This document shows positions 24,873-36,300 of a DNA stretch of 64,000 nt, piece by piece; position 1 is the first letter of the stretch; every line of letters starts with the position of its first letter. The notes under the pieces are model-generated. The model saw nothing but the letters and a program-made list of their open reading frames with translations, was not told the origin of the DNA and searched no databases. The position numbers were made by a program, and so were the translations under genes. Origin of the DNA: Camelus ferus (taxonomy: Eukaryota); assembly GCF_009834535.1 (NCBI RefSeq), contig NC_045696.1, positions 112,594,001 through 112,658,000 on the forward strand, given 5' to 3'.

Positions 24873-26466
24873 AGGTAGTCTTCATTATTTGTAGAGTCCC
24901 TATTTGTGAAATTTGTCTACTCAGTAAAATTTATCTGTAATCCTAAAATCAGTACCTATGGTATGTTCACTGTCATTTGTGAATATGCCCAAAGCCATAA
25001 AAAATTTGAGTCATACTATGGACACATCAGCAGAGGTGGACAAGGCAACATTCTGCCTTCTCCTTTCCCTTCTCACACAGTGAATAAGTGTCCTTTTCCA
25101 GGTCTTTTTAATGTCACAATTTTCACATTTTTTTAGTGCTTTTTGTTGATGTTGCTATTTAAACTGGCCCCTAAGCATAGTGTCACAGTGCGATCTAGTG
25201 GTCCTAAAGGCAGGAAGGCTGCAATGAGCCTCATAGAGCAAATGGACGTATTAGATAAGCTACATTCAGGCAGGAGTTGCAGTTGAGGCCAGTCTTAATG
25301 AGTCAACAATGTATATTAAAAAAGGTGTCTTGACCTAAATAGACATTTCTTCAAAGGAGACATCCAGAAGGCCAACAGGCACATGAAAGGACACTCAATA
25401 TTGCTAATTATTAGAGGAATGTAAATCCAAACTACAATGAGGTATCACCTCACACCAGTCAGGCCATCATTAAAAAGTCTACAAAAAATAAATGCTGGAG
25501 AGGGTGTGGAGAAAAAGGAACCCTCCTACACTGTTGGTGGGAATGTAGCCACTATGGAGGACAGTATGCATGTTCCTCAGAAAACTAAAAATAAGACTTA
25601 CCATATGATCCAGCAATCCCACTTCTGGGCATATATCCGGAGAAAACTATAATTTGAAAAGACACATGCTACTCAGTGTTCACAGCAGCACTATTTACAA
25701 TATAATTTGAAAAGACACATGCTACTCAGTGTTCACAGCAGCACTATTTACAATACTATTTACAAGAGATGTCTGGATAAAGAATATGTGGTATATTTAT
25801 ACAATGGAATATTGCTCCACCATAAAAAAGAATGAAATTATTCCATTTACAACATGGATGGACCTAGAGATCATCATATTGAGTGAAATAAAGTCAGACA
25901 AAGAAAGAAAAATATCATATGATATCACTTATATATGGAAACCAAAAAAAAAAATGATACAAATTCTATTTACAAACCAAAAACAGACTCACAGACATAG
26001 AAAACAAACTATGGTTACCACAGAGGAAAGGGTGGGGAGGGATAAATTAGGGGTTGGGGATTAACAGACACACATCTCTATATATAAAATAGATAAACAA
26101 CAAGGACTTACTGTATAGCACAGGGAACTATATTCAATTTCTTGTAATAACATATAATGAAAAAGAATCTGAAAAGAAAATATATATATGTATGTATATG
26201 TATAACTGAATCACTTTGCTGTACACCTGAAACTACTACTGTAAATCAACTTCACTTTAATAAAAAATTTTAAATAAACAAGGTGTCTTAAAACAGAAAC
26301 ACACATAACACAAGGTTATACATGGATCAGTTGACAAAAAATGTCGTGACTATATGACCAGGAACCCAACCCCGTCTATCCCCTAGGGACAATTGTCGAG
26401 TATTCATTAACTTAGGGTTTGTGGTCCTTTAGAGACAATAACTACAGTGAATAATGAGGATTAACC
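24873..26466. mobile_element. MER82-like Tigger DNA transposon split by an L1 insertion
   Basis: ttcattatttgtagagtccctatttgtgaaatttgtctactc... start; inverted end gtgaataatgagga; sequence resumes after the L1 at 26290. Confidence 0.75.
25332..26274 (+). mobile_element. 5'-truncated cetartiodactyl L1 (ORF2 C-terminal remnant + 3' UTR)
   Basis: ORF remnants MRYHLTPVR.. and ..WMDLEIIILSE..; 15-bp TSD taaaaaaggtgtctt (25317-25331) / taaacaaggtgtctt (26275-26289); frameshifted. Confidence 0.9.
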
Positions 26467-26467
26467 A

Positions 26468-26918
26468 AGAAACTGAGCAGGACCCTGTGTGGCCTTCCCG
26501 GGATAGACCCCTCCCCTGTATCTTCTCCTGTAGCTCCTCTCTGAAGCACTCAGATAATAGTATCACGCATATTTCCTCAGTTTTCCAGATGCTAAAAGCC
26601 ACGACCAAATGGAAGAAATTAACTACTTGATTGAGAGCACGTGGCCCCCAGATCCACTGGCACCTAGAGGTTGGTAGTGTTGATGACCCCGTTACCTCAA
26701 CATCAACCAGAGAATTGTGCACAAGCTGATCACGTACCTGTGAGCCCCACCCCAACCTGCTCACCTGGCCTTTAAATATGCTTTGCTGAAACCCTTCAAG
26801 GAGTTCAGGGTTTTCTTGGGCACGAGCCACCCCATCCTCCTTGCTCAGCCTTGCAATAAACCTTTCTCTACTCCAAACTCTGTTTCAGTTTGGCTTCATG
26901 GACTTGCATTTGGTAACA
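26468..26918 (+). mobile_element. ERV solo LTR, related to 21784-22508 and the arms at 30095-30766
   Basis: gaaactgagcaggaccctg start, tttaaa TATA-like ~26771, AATAAA ~26855, ends ggtaaca. Confidence 0.85.
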
Positions 26919-27874
26919 ACTCTCCATCCAGACAACTTGATACATCATCAGAAATTCCTATGACCAGCAGCTTCTTGAAAGCGATTACCAAGCTCTGCCA
27001 CAGGCATAGCCACATCGCCCTCTGTCCATGAGCAGGTAAGGTACAGAGACAAGAAGACTGACCATGGGTATGTAAGCAGAATGCAGTAGGCATCACAAGG
27101 CAATAAATTCAATGCATGCCCCTCCCAAGTGGGGAGTAAGGAGAAATCACATAATCAACATCAAATAAATTATTTCTTGTGCTTTGGGTGGTCACAACGT
27201 GTAAACACAATTTATGATGATCTTAAAGGTCACACTAAAGCTGGATTTTTTTTTTTAAAGTAACTCTCTAGGACATCCTGAAGTAAAATTTGGACAATCA
27301 ATCATGGAAACAGATGGGATACAGAATGCTGCTGTGTTGCAATTAGTAAAGGAGGTTATGGATAAAGCAAAACTCATTATGCTGAAAAGCAGAAACGCTG
27401 CAGAAAGCAAAGGGCCCCGTGGTCGACCACAGCTGTAAACCCAAGGACAAATGTGCCATTTGTGAGGCAAAGACAAGACCAAAAATGAGACATACACCAT
27501 CCCAGGGCATTTTCAGATGCTCAGCCCAAACAAGGAAAAATATTACATCATACTCAAAACACAAACTGAGAAATCAATAGGCTTCAGAACGTTCTATTCA
27601 TGGGTCAACAGCAGTCACCTGCCCTTGTAGAGAACAATTCTTTTTAAAGAGTATTTGGATTTGATGAGTGAAAGGTCTACAACCCAGAAGGGTAGAGACT
27701 TGTTAATACTCTATATTTGTAGGCAAAACCCACAATCCTAAAGCCTTAGAGATGGCCCTGAAATTCTCTCTGAATTTGGTAGGGCCAAGTAGCCCATCTG
27801 CAGCGTAAGTGGCTCTGGGGAATCCTAACTTACCTCCACACAGGCCAGCTCAAGGGTGACAAACAGAATGGCTG

Positions 27875-29122
27875 GCTACCCGAGCATGGTCCACAGATCA
27901 GCAGAGGGATGTCACCTGCGGACTTGATGGAAATGCAGACTCTCCAGCTCCAACCTAGGAGCACTAAATCAGAGCTTGCATTTTAACAAGATCTCCAATG
28001 ATTCCCACCTTACAGCTGGACAAGCAATAGCCACAATTAGGGTGACCGACTGTCCAGGGCCTGGGGGAAGCACTGCAAGTCCTGTGCTGTGGAAAACCTC
28101 TCAGGTGTAGGCACATCTGGACAGCTGATCAGCCTATTTATCCCAACATCACAACCAAAGGAAGTTCCCGACAGGAAGGCCTGACTCTCACAGCCACTTA
28201 AGAATCACTGCACCCTGAAACAATTTCCTAGGCTTTATTTGGAGATGCATTTGGTTTTGTAGTCCCCACATAAGGAAAGCAGTCTAAGCCTTTGAAGAAC
28301 CATCTTTCTCCACACCCAAGCCTGACACACCAGGACATAACAGCCCAAGAAATCTAGTTTGAAACTGAGCAGAGAGACCAGGAGACGAGCTCCAGGAGCC
28401 CAGAGCCATCCTATGGGGTTGGCTGCATCATCACCAGAACTTTCAAAACCAGAGGTGGCTACTCAGAGTGCAACGGTTCTCAAACCTTCACTGCATGAGA
28501 ATCACCTGCAGGGCTTGTGAACACAGACTTCAGGCCCCACCCTCCAAATCTGAGGTCGTCTCAGAAGGGACCCCTCTTGCACTCCTAACACATTCCCGGG
28601 TGATGCAGATGCTGACTCGCTGGGATCACACATGTTAAACCCCCTTTTGTTTGGGTTTTTTAACTTTTTTTTAAATTAAGCTTTTGGGGGGATTGGATTT
28701 ATTTTTTATTTTATTTATTTATTTTTAATGGAAGTACTGGGGACTGAACCCAGGGCCTCGTGCATGCTAAGCACATGCTAAGCATGTGCTCTACCACTGA
28801 GCTATACCCTCCCCACTGAACCAGTGTTTTAAAGGGTCCCAGCTTCTCCATTCTGGGAGAACTGGCTGCCTTTATTCCATGACCTTGCCTCTTAAAAAAA
28901 ACCAAAACAATAACAAACCCGAACAAAACAAAATCGCAGCAACGAAACAGTGCAGTACTTTGCTTCTCAAAGTGGGATCCCAGATCAGTAGCATCCAAAT
29001 CACAGGGCAGCGTGTGAGAAATCCAGACTCTCGGGCTCCACCTCAGACCCGCTGAGCCAGGACCGCACTTTCCCAGGATCCCCTAGCGATTCACTTGCAC
29101 AGCGAAGTCTGAGGCACACTGA
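27875..29122. mobile_element. Cluster of three MER5A/MER5A1 relics (27875-28030, 28470-28630, 28960-29122) plus a small TIR element (28038-28136)
   Basis: gaaatgcagactctc, ttttaacaagatctcc, ttctcaaagtgggatcc motifs. Confidence 0.7.
28660..28814 (-). mobile_element. tRNA-derived SINE (camelid Vic-1-like), with an internal ~11-bp duplication
   Basis: Reverse complement GGGGAGGGTATAGCTCAGTGGTAGAGC...GGTTCAGTCCCCAGTAC + (TAAA)n; catgctaagca is duplicated. Confidence 0.9.
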
Positions 29123-29301
29123 TACTGGGGCTGTTAAGTCTGCGTCCTGCGTGCACCTACAACCGCTTTATCTCCTCAGAACCAGCATTCTATGCCTTTC
29201 TCTTCCTTTTATTTATTTATTTCATTTTTACTGTAACCATAAACGAAGAAGAAAGTTTATTTTCTCACAGCTTCAGAGTCAGAATGGAGAAAACAACTTA
29301 C

Positions 29302-29538
29302 CTCCAAACCCAAGGACATGAAGCTCTGTCGCTGCCGGTGAAGGAGCATTTGCACTGGCTCTGAGAACTTAAGGCCTCCTGGTCCCTCCGGGGAGGCAGT
29401 CGCGCAGGGGAAGCCCCCACAGCCCACGAAGGCCACCTGGACACAGCCACCGGCCGCCGCCAGACCTCGGAGTCCCTGCCCTTTGCCGACAGTTTCCGCA
29501 CCTTCTGAACACAGGACAGCATTTATTGGCTGCAGCTG
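29302..29538 (-). other. Candidate alternative (first or cassette) exon of the minus-strand gene
   Basis: Consensus donor GAG|GTAAGT (29301..29296); GC/CpG-rich unique sequence; possible acceptor cttttccag at 29540..29539. Confidence 0.45.
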
Positions 29539-29571
29539 CTGGAAAAGTTTGACTCCTACCTATTTAACAGC

Positions 29572-30094
29572 TTAGGTAGTTAGGTAAGTGGGGGCACCAG
29601 GCAGATAAGGTGGAGGAGAGGGAGAAAGTTCTGGAAAATGGCGGTGTGCCCGCCTCCAGCATAAATGGGCGTTCCTTTCTCTAAATGAGCTCCGGCAAGA
29701 AACCGGTTAGAACCAGATGGCCGCACCTGCGCAGTAGCGAGGACCTAACCGGATATGACCCAGTGCTCATTATAATATAATTAGCATTTTGGCTTAGTCC
29801 ACCCACCCACCCGCCGCCCCGCCCCACCCCACCCCACCTCGGGGTTTTCTGTATGCATCATGGGTAAGGACATGCGCAAAAGGAGACGAGCGTGACAGCC
29901 CTCCAGGGGCAAGAGCTGTCAGTCAGTCAAGAGTCCACCCCTAAGGGAGAGTATAAGAGTAGGGGCAAAGACCAAAGACCACTGCTTTTCCTCCCTTGGG
30001 TCAGCCTGTACCCCGATCTTGAAGCTGTACTTTCCCTTTGCTAAATAAATCCTCTAAAATATTTTGCTACACGACGCTTCCTCTCCCATCTGAA
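29572..30094 (+). mobile_element. ERV1-type LTR (MER50-like start), CpG-rich, 3' end truncated
   Basis: ttaggtagttagg start, YY1-type AAAATGGCGG (~29635), TATAAG ~29952, AATAAA ~30044. Confidence 0.75.
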
Positions 30095-30766
30095 TGTTAC
30101 CAAAGGCAAGTCTGTGTGCTCGCCACGCCATGAGGCCAAATAAACTGAAACGTCGGAGTTTGGAGCAGAGCAAGGTTTACTGCAGGGCTGAGCAAGGAGG
30201 ACAGGGTGGATCGTGCCCAAGAAAACCCCGAACTCCTCGGAGGGTTTCAGCAATGCTTATTTAAAGGCCAGGTGAGAGAGGGGGTTTGCAGGGTACGTGA
30301 TCAGCTCATGCACAATTCTCTGACTGGTTGATGTGGAGGTAACAGGGTGGCCAACACTGTCAACCCCTAGGCACCAGAAGGTCTGGGGGCCACGTGCTCT
30401 CGATCGTCAAGTAGTTAATTTCTTCTGTTTGGTGGTTATTGGTTGTCTGGTGGTGGAAGACCACTTAATGATCAAGAGCACATGTCCCCCAGACTCACTG
30501 GCACCCAGGGGTTGACAATGTTGACCGCCCTGTTACCTCAACATTAACCAGAGAACTGCACATGAGCTGATCATGTACCTGTGACCTCTCTCCCTTTAAA
30601 TAAGCTTTGCTGAAACCCTTCGAGGAGTTTGGGGTTTTTTTTGGGTGTGAGCCACCCCGTCCTCCTTGCTTGGCCCTCCAATAAACCTTTCTCTGCTCCA
30701 AACTCCAAAGTTTCAGTTTTTTTGGCTTCATGGTGCATCAGGCATGTAGATTTGCCTTCGGTAACC
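30095..30766. mobile_element. Two 5'-truncated LTR copies head-to-head (30095-~30437 minus; ~30460-30766 plus)
   Basis: tgttaccaaaggcaagtct at the left end is the near reverse complement of agatttgccttcggtaacc at the right end; both arms align to the LTR at 26468-26918. Confidence 0.85.
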
Positions 30767-30880
30767 AGCCTAGGAAGTAGCTATTATGATTAGTCCCAAT
30801 TTTAGGGAATTGAAGACACAGAGTGGCTAATTAACTTGCCCGAAGTCATTCAGCAGGTAGATTCCAGAGCCTGCACATTA
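30767..30880. mobile_element. MIR fragment
   Basis: cccaattttagggaattgaagacacagagtggctaattaacttgccc. Confidence 0.6.
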
Positions 30881-31379
30881 ATTTTTTTAAAATTATTGTA
30901 TCATATCTTTTCATTCTAGCTTTTTAAAAATTGTAATAAAGGAAAGGGTGTTGCAAGCGGGACCCTGTTGTATTGGACAGAAAATGTCTTTTAACCTGTG
31001 TGTATCTCAGCTTCTTCTCATGATGGGTCAGATAATAAAAAGCACTCTGCCTCTCACCCAGCTGTATTAGTCTGTGCCTACACCATGTAAACTGTAAAGG
31101 CACAGGACAAAGACAATGATCAGAGGGATGATAATCACCTAAAATCATTTATCAATTCTCGAAACGTGCTTGTGAAATACAGGAAATCGAGACTGGCTTA
31201 ATTGTTGGCGACCATCAAAATGAGGCATGTCAAGATTCTATTTTTGCTCTTCAGGTGGGTGGAGGAGAGCTTTTTGCTGCGCAGTTGACTCTCAAGAGAG
31301 GGAGGGAACGCTGAACCTCTCTGAGAAGTTGCAGAAGAAAGAGGAAAAAGGAACAGGGCAGTTTCTATGTGGATGGCAG

Positions 31380-31790
31380 CAATGATGAATCACCAAACCT
31401 GGCACCCAGCTAGGCTGCATTTCCCAGCTCCTTTGCAGTTAAGCTTGGCCACGTGTTGCAGCTTTTGACAGTGGAAGGTAAGCATAAAACATGCATACCT
31501 CCTCCAGCTTTACCCCATAAATACATCCCAGCCATGATCCTCTCTCTCTTCCAAACTGCCAACTGGTTGCCAATACCCAGGGCAGCCTAGGAAAGCACAC
31601 ATGGAAGACAGCAGACCTTTGTCCGCTTGGATCCCTGAATGCCTGGAGCCACCCTTCTCACCACGGTTTCTCCCAGCTGAGGTGTGTCATCATTACACTG
31701 TTACCTACATGTAACATAAAGTTTAACTTATTAAGCCATTGAAATGTGGGGATTTGTCTGCTATTGTAGCTGGTATTAGCCAAATTATTA
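31380..31790 (+). mobile_element. Old ERVL/MaLR LTR
   Basis: catttcccagctcctttgcagtt...ttaagccattgaaatgtggggatttg. Confidence 0.6.
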
Positions 31791-33181
31791 TACTGATCAA
31801 TGTCCTCTTTACCCGAAAATTTGCTGTCTGCTACTTTAAATGTCACTCAGGTTGTTGCAAGTTCCCATGAATAAATATTCCATCCAGGTTAGAAAGAAAA
31901 AAAATAACCTTCAAATAATTAAGGGAGAGTCTACTCTTTTATGTGCATGAATCTGGTTGTTTCCCTCCTAACTCCCACCTGAGATCGGCCACACTGGGTA
32001 AATGAGAGCTTTGATTGTTGGAGAGAGGAACAGGAAGAGATTGTGTGGCAAGGTTGGAGCAGGAGTTTGCTGAAGATGAAGACGGTCATTACGAGCTCAC
32101 CAGATTTCTAAGGTTAGAGCAGAGTCAGAAAGGGAGGTGGGGTGGTACCCAAAAGAAGTCTCCTGACTTGACAGTGTGGCCAAGACTGGCCTTGGGAGGA
32201 GGGGAAAGAGGAGCATTAGAGAATTAACCCTCTGGGAGCTGGGGAGAGGGGTTCCGGACCTCTAGGGTCCAGGGACCTTGGGGTGAACTTCACGGAACTA
32301 TACCCTGGGTATAGCTGATAAAGTGATATTTATCACAATGTTACAGGAACATGACACATTTGATTTGCCCAAGATTATGCAATACAATCAATTTCCCAAA
32401 CCTTTAGGAGCCTAGTTCCCTGTTCCTGCCTGCACACAAGACAGCAATCTCTCTCCTCAACTCCACCGCTGTCTGGGCAAAACCAGCTCCCCAGTTACCC
32501 TACTGCAACCATACCCTATGCCAGCCGGTGAACCAGCAACTTTGAAATTTGGAACCAATAGAGAAGTGTTGAGACCCAGGCCAGTCGGTCACAGACGGGG
32601 AACTGTAAGATGCCAGCGTATACTCCTCTGTCCCTTCTGAGCAAGAAAGACTATCATCAGAAGAAAACTGCTCCCAAAGCACAGAGGCGCCCCCCCCACC
32701 CCCGGTCGTGCAGGGCACTGGAAGAAGAACAGGCGCTCCCTTTGTTCCCACCACACACATCCAACAGATTCTCCCAAGCTCTGCAGATCTCCTGGCAGGA
32801 GCGGCAGTGAGCCAAGCCCTCCTCCCTGCCGGGCTTGGGTAATGCTCCTGGCAAGGACCGCAAGCACATCTGTCTCTCTCCAGGCCCTCCGAGGGCTGCT
32901 GTGCGTCTGCAGAACAGATGGGAGACTCTGCTTGTCTGCCTATTGGTGGCTTGATTTCACCCAATAAACATTTATTGAGGTTCTCCTTGTGCCAGACCCG
33001 ATGCTGAGGGCTGTCCCCTGGATGTGTAGGGACCGGGAGCTCATCTGCCCCCCACGGACAGGTGCTGGGGGAATGCCTTGCATGTGCCTGTCCCCCCAGC
33101 ATCACCAGACAACAGGTGAGTGGTGAGGAGACACGAATGACATAGATCACAACAGCTCAACATTGTTAGGAGGGAAATGCC

Positions 33182-33342
33182 AGCACTCCTCAAACTTGGC
33201 CACGTGCACAACCACCTGGGGACCTTGTTAAAACACAGCTTCTGACTCAGCAGGTCTGGGGTCAGGCCCGAGACTCTGCATTTCTCACCAGCTCTCAGGT
33301 GATGCTGATGCTGCTTCTCTAAGGACCAAACTCCAAGTGGTG
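33182..33342 (-). mobile_element. MER5A1-like
   Basis: cacctggggaccttgttaaaacacag...ctgcatttctcaccagctctcaggtgatgctgatgctgct. Confidence 0.8.
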
Positions 33343-36300
33343 AAAGGTTTACCTGGTCTTCATGCCGACTGGAAACATGAGTCTGCTGTTGTGCGGGCAG
33401 GTAGGAGGTAGGTCTGCAAGTCTACGTGTGCCTATAAGCCAATGAGCATATGCGATTCACCTTGTGTGATGAGTCTATGACACGCCAGGTACTTTGCCTA
33501 TGTAAATTCCAGAAATCCACAAGGTAGGAGCTACGACATCTCTTTCCCAGGTGAGAAGGCTTAAATTCAGAGTAATGTGACTTGTCTGCAGCCCCAGAGC
33601 TAGTAAAGCTAAGATTTGAAATGAAGTCTCTAAATCTTTTAAAATCCACATTTTGCCTACCCCCCCACCACTGTTCCCTCATCCATTTAGACTGACTTCT
33701 GCCTGGAAATAGATTGTTTAAAAGTCCACAGATTTTAAAATGAGTTGCCTTTCACTTGGCCCCTGAAACCCAGTACAATCTAATATACGACTCTCTGCTC
33801 AGCAGCACTGCTCAATTAATCCAATTGTTGAAAACATAGCTATCATTAAAACCTCTAGACAGATGTTTAAAAACAGCAACCCAACACCGTATTAGTGGGT
33901 TTTCACCTTCTGGCAATGACCCGACAGCAATGAACAGGTATCAGTATCTGGAACGTGATGGATTTTTATTGTGCCAGAGCGAAACAGTAACAATAAAGGC
34001 CAAGGGTGAAACTCCTTCCAGCATAAAAAGAAATACTGTGAGGACAGTTTACCAGGAGGCCTCGGCCCCAGCCCAGCAGTCTCCAGAGAACCAGCGTATG
34101 ACGATTGCCAGGGTAGCCCAGCCAAGTTTTCACAATATATTGGGTTTCACGCTTAAAGAATTATGTTTATTGTTTCCTCTAATCAATTTTATTTCACAAA
34201 ATAAAGAGTGATATATCACTCGTGGAAGAAAGGAGTGTCAAAAACCTTGCAAATAAAGTATGTGTAAAGAAAATGGGTACAGAGTGGGTTCTTAACAGGA
34301 GAGGACGCAAATGGCCCGCTCTTTAAGCTCCCGGGGAATCATGACCTCAGAAAGCACCCACGATTTCTCAGGAGAACTATTACTTAGCAAAATCTCCACA
34401 ATAACAATGAATTACGGCCTGCCAAAGAATATAAATAGAAAAGGATTTAATATATATCCCATAGTCATGAGATTATTAGCCAAGGGAGTCTGGTGCTAAT
34501 GAGATCACTCTCTCAGCCTCCAAATCAAATTCCTCACAAAATAATATTCATATTACTAATGCTTATAAGGTAAGAAGATAATCCTCTATAATTTGCAGCC
34601 CAATTGGCACTTCTTCCATATGGGAAATAACTCAAAATGATAAAATAACTCCATTTTGAAGTTTGTTTTAATATGCAGATCTAACTATAGTGTTGAATTT
34701 ATAATGGAATAGTTTCAGTGTTTTATATCTAAATACAATGAATCTCTGATAAGAACTAAAAATGAAAATGACCTGAATTATTTCTCATCATTTGCTTATT
34801 TCCATAACTGTAGCCAGACTTGGGCAGTTCTCAGTCTTTCCTCCCCCTGCTTCATCCTATTACTCTCAGGACTGTTGCTCAATAGAAAATCGAACCAACA
34901 AAAATGGGGCATTCTTAATGCATCATTAGGCCTTTGGAGCACGAAAATAGACCACATCAATTAAAAACAAAGGTCCGGGAATATATTTTCTGTCTTCTGA
35001 TTATTAAAACTCGAAAAAAAAGCCATTTTCCAATAGGTTCATTTATGTTTAGCTTCATGTAATAATATAAAAGACAATAAATATAAAACTCACAAAATGT
35101 ATACATTAATAAATACATTTTAAATAACAATTTATAAAATTTCTCTACTTTAATTGTTTCTAAACCTATTACAATCCATTAAAAACTCCTATTTATAGTT
35201 ATAAAATACTTGCTAATGATTTTACTAATAGTAAGTTATTTTATTAGTTGTTATTTGTTAAATTATAAAGGATTATTAGTATTAGAATTATGTAATTCAC
35301 TTGCATGCTGTCAGTCTACTTTTTCTACTCATCTAAAATGTGAGGACACAATAGCATTTAATTTTGATTTAAGGGGTTACTATAAATTTGGTTTAATTTT
35401 TTTTCTTTGAAATCTGGTTCTAAGCTTGACCTTGCTAAAATACTTTATGGTATTTCACAGTCATCAAAACTACAACACACCTTCTGGAACAGCCTTTCTG
35501 ACTCATGACAGCATTTTGAGAAAGTTACCATAACTGTCATCTAGGCGGTAATTCTGACCAATTACAAGTTCATGGCCATGTGCCACGGCCAAAGAACAGG
35601 GTTTGCATATGTCTTTTTGTGTACAATCAATGTTGATGTTACCACTAGGGCTATGGCAGGTAAATTTCTTTTTGTCTAATTCTATTTTGAAATCTCATAT
35701 AATATGACCTTAGAAATATATGACCTGAGGTGGAAGGACTGGGAAAATATCAATGAACTTGCTCAACTGAATAACTAAAGTTCAAGAAAGCAAGTTGGCA
35801 AACATTTCGTTTTGTTTGGTTGATTTTTTTTTTTTTTTTTTTTTGTCTTTTAGAGCATCTCCTGGATACCAATCTCCAGCTAGAAAATATTATCATGATA
35901 TTTTACTTAAAATGTTTTCCTAGAGTCTCTCCCCACACTGCTGCCCCCACTGCTCTCCAAAACCCTTTGCAAGAGCCTGAGTCAGCATGTGTACTACAGT
36001 GCATTACGATGTTTATCTTCCCAGCTAGAACACATCCTCCAGGAGCACAGGCACCACGTCACTGGCTTGTGTGTGTCATTTTGTTTTTATCCCCAACACC
36101 CAGCATAGCTGAAACAGGATAGATGCTCAATAAATGTTTATTAAATGATTCTGTAGTGGCTGTGCTGGGTGTCATCTTCACACTTGTGCTCCATTTTCAC
36201 ATTTTTCTTTTCCTCTTACTCATGCCAGACCAAAGAAAATGGCCCAGTAGGTAAAGCAGCAAATGCTAGCCATTTAGACTTCAAATCCATATATAGTATT

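Noticed and set aside
25437..26064. ORFs resembling a reverse-transcriptase protein C-terminus (also 51969-52244 and around 60700-61025)
   Set aside because: Frameshifted remnants of L1 ORF2 in truncated retrotransposons, not host genes
32500..33150. Longest ORF (216 aa, minus strand)
   Set aside because: No recognisable domain; its 5' part overlaps an L2-like relic (~32960-33070); expected by chance in GC-rich DNA
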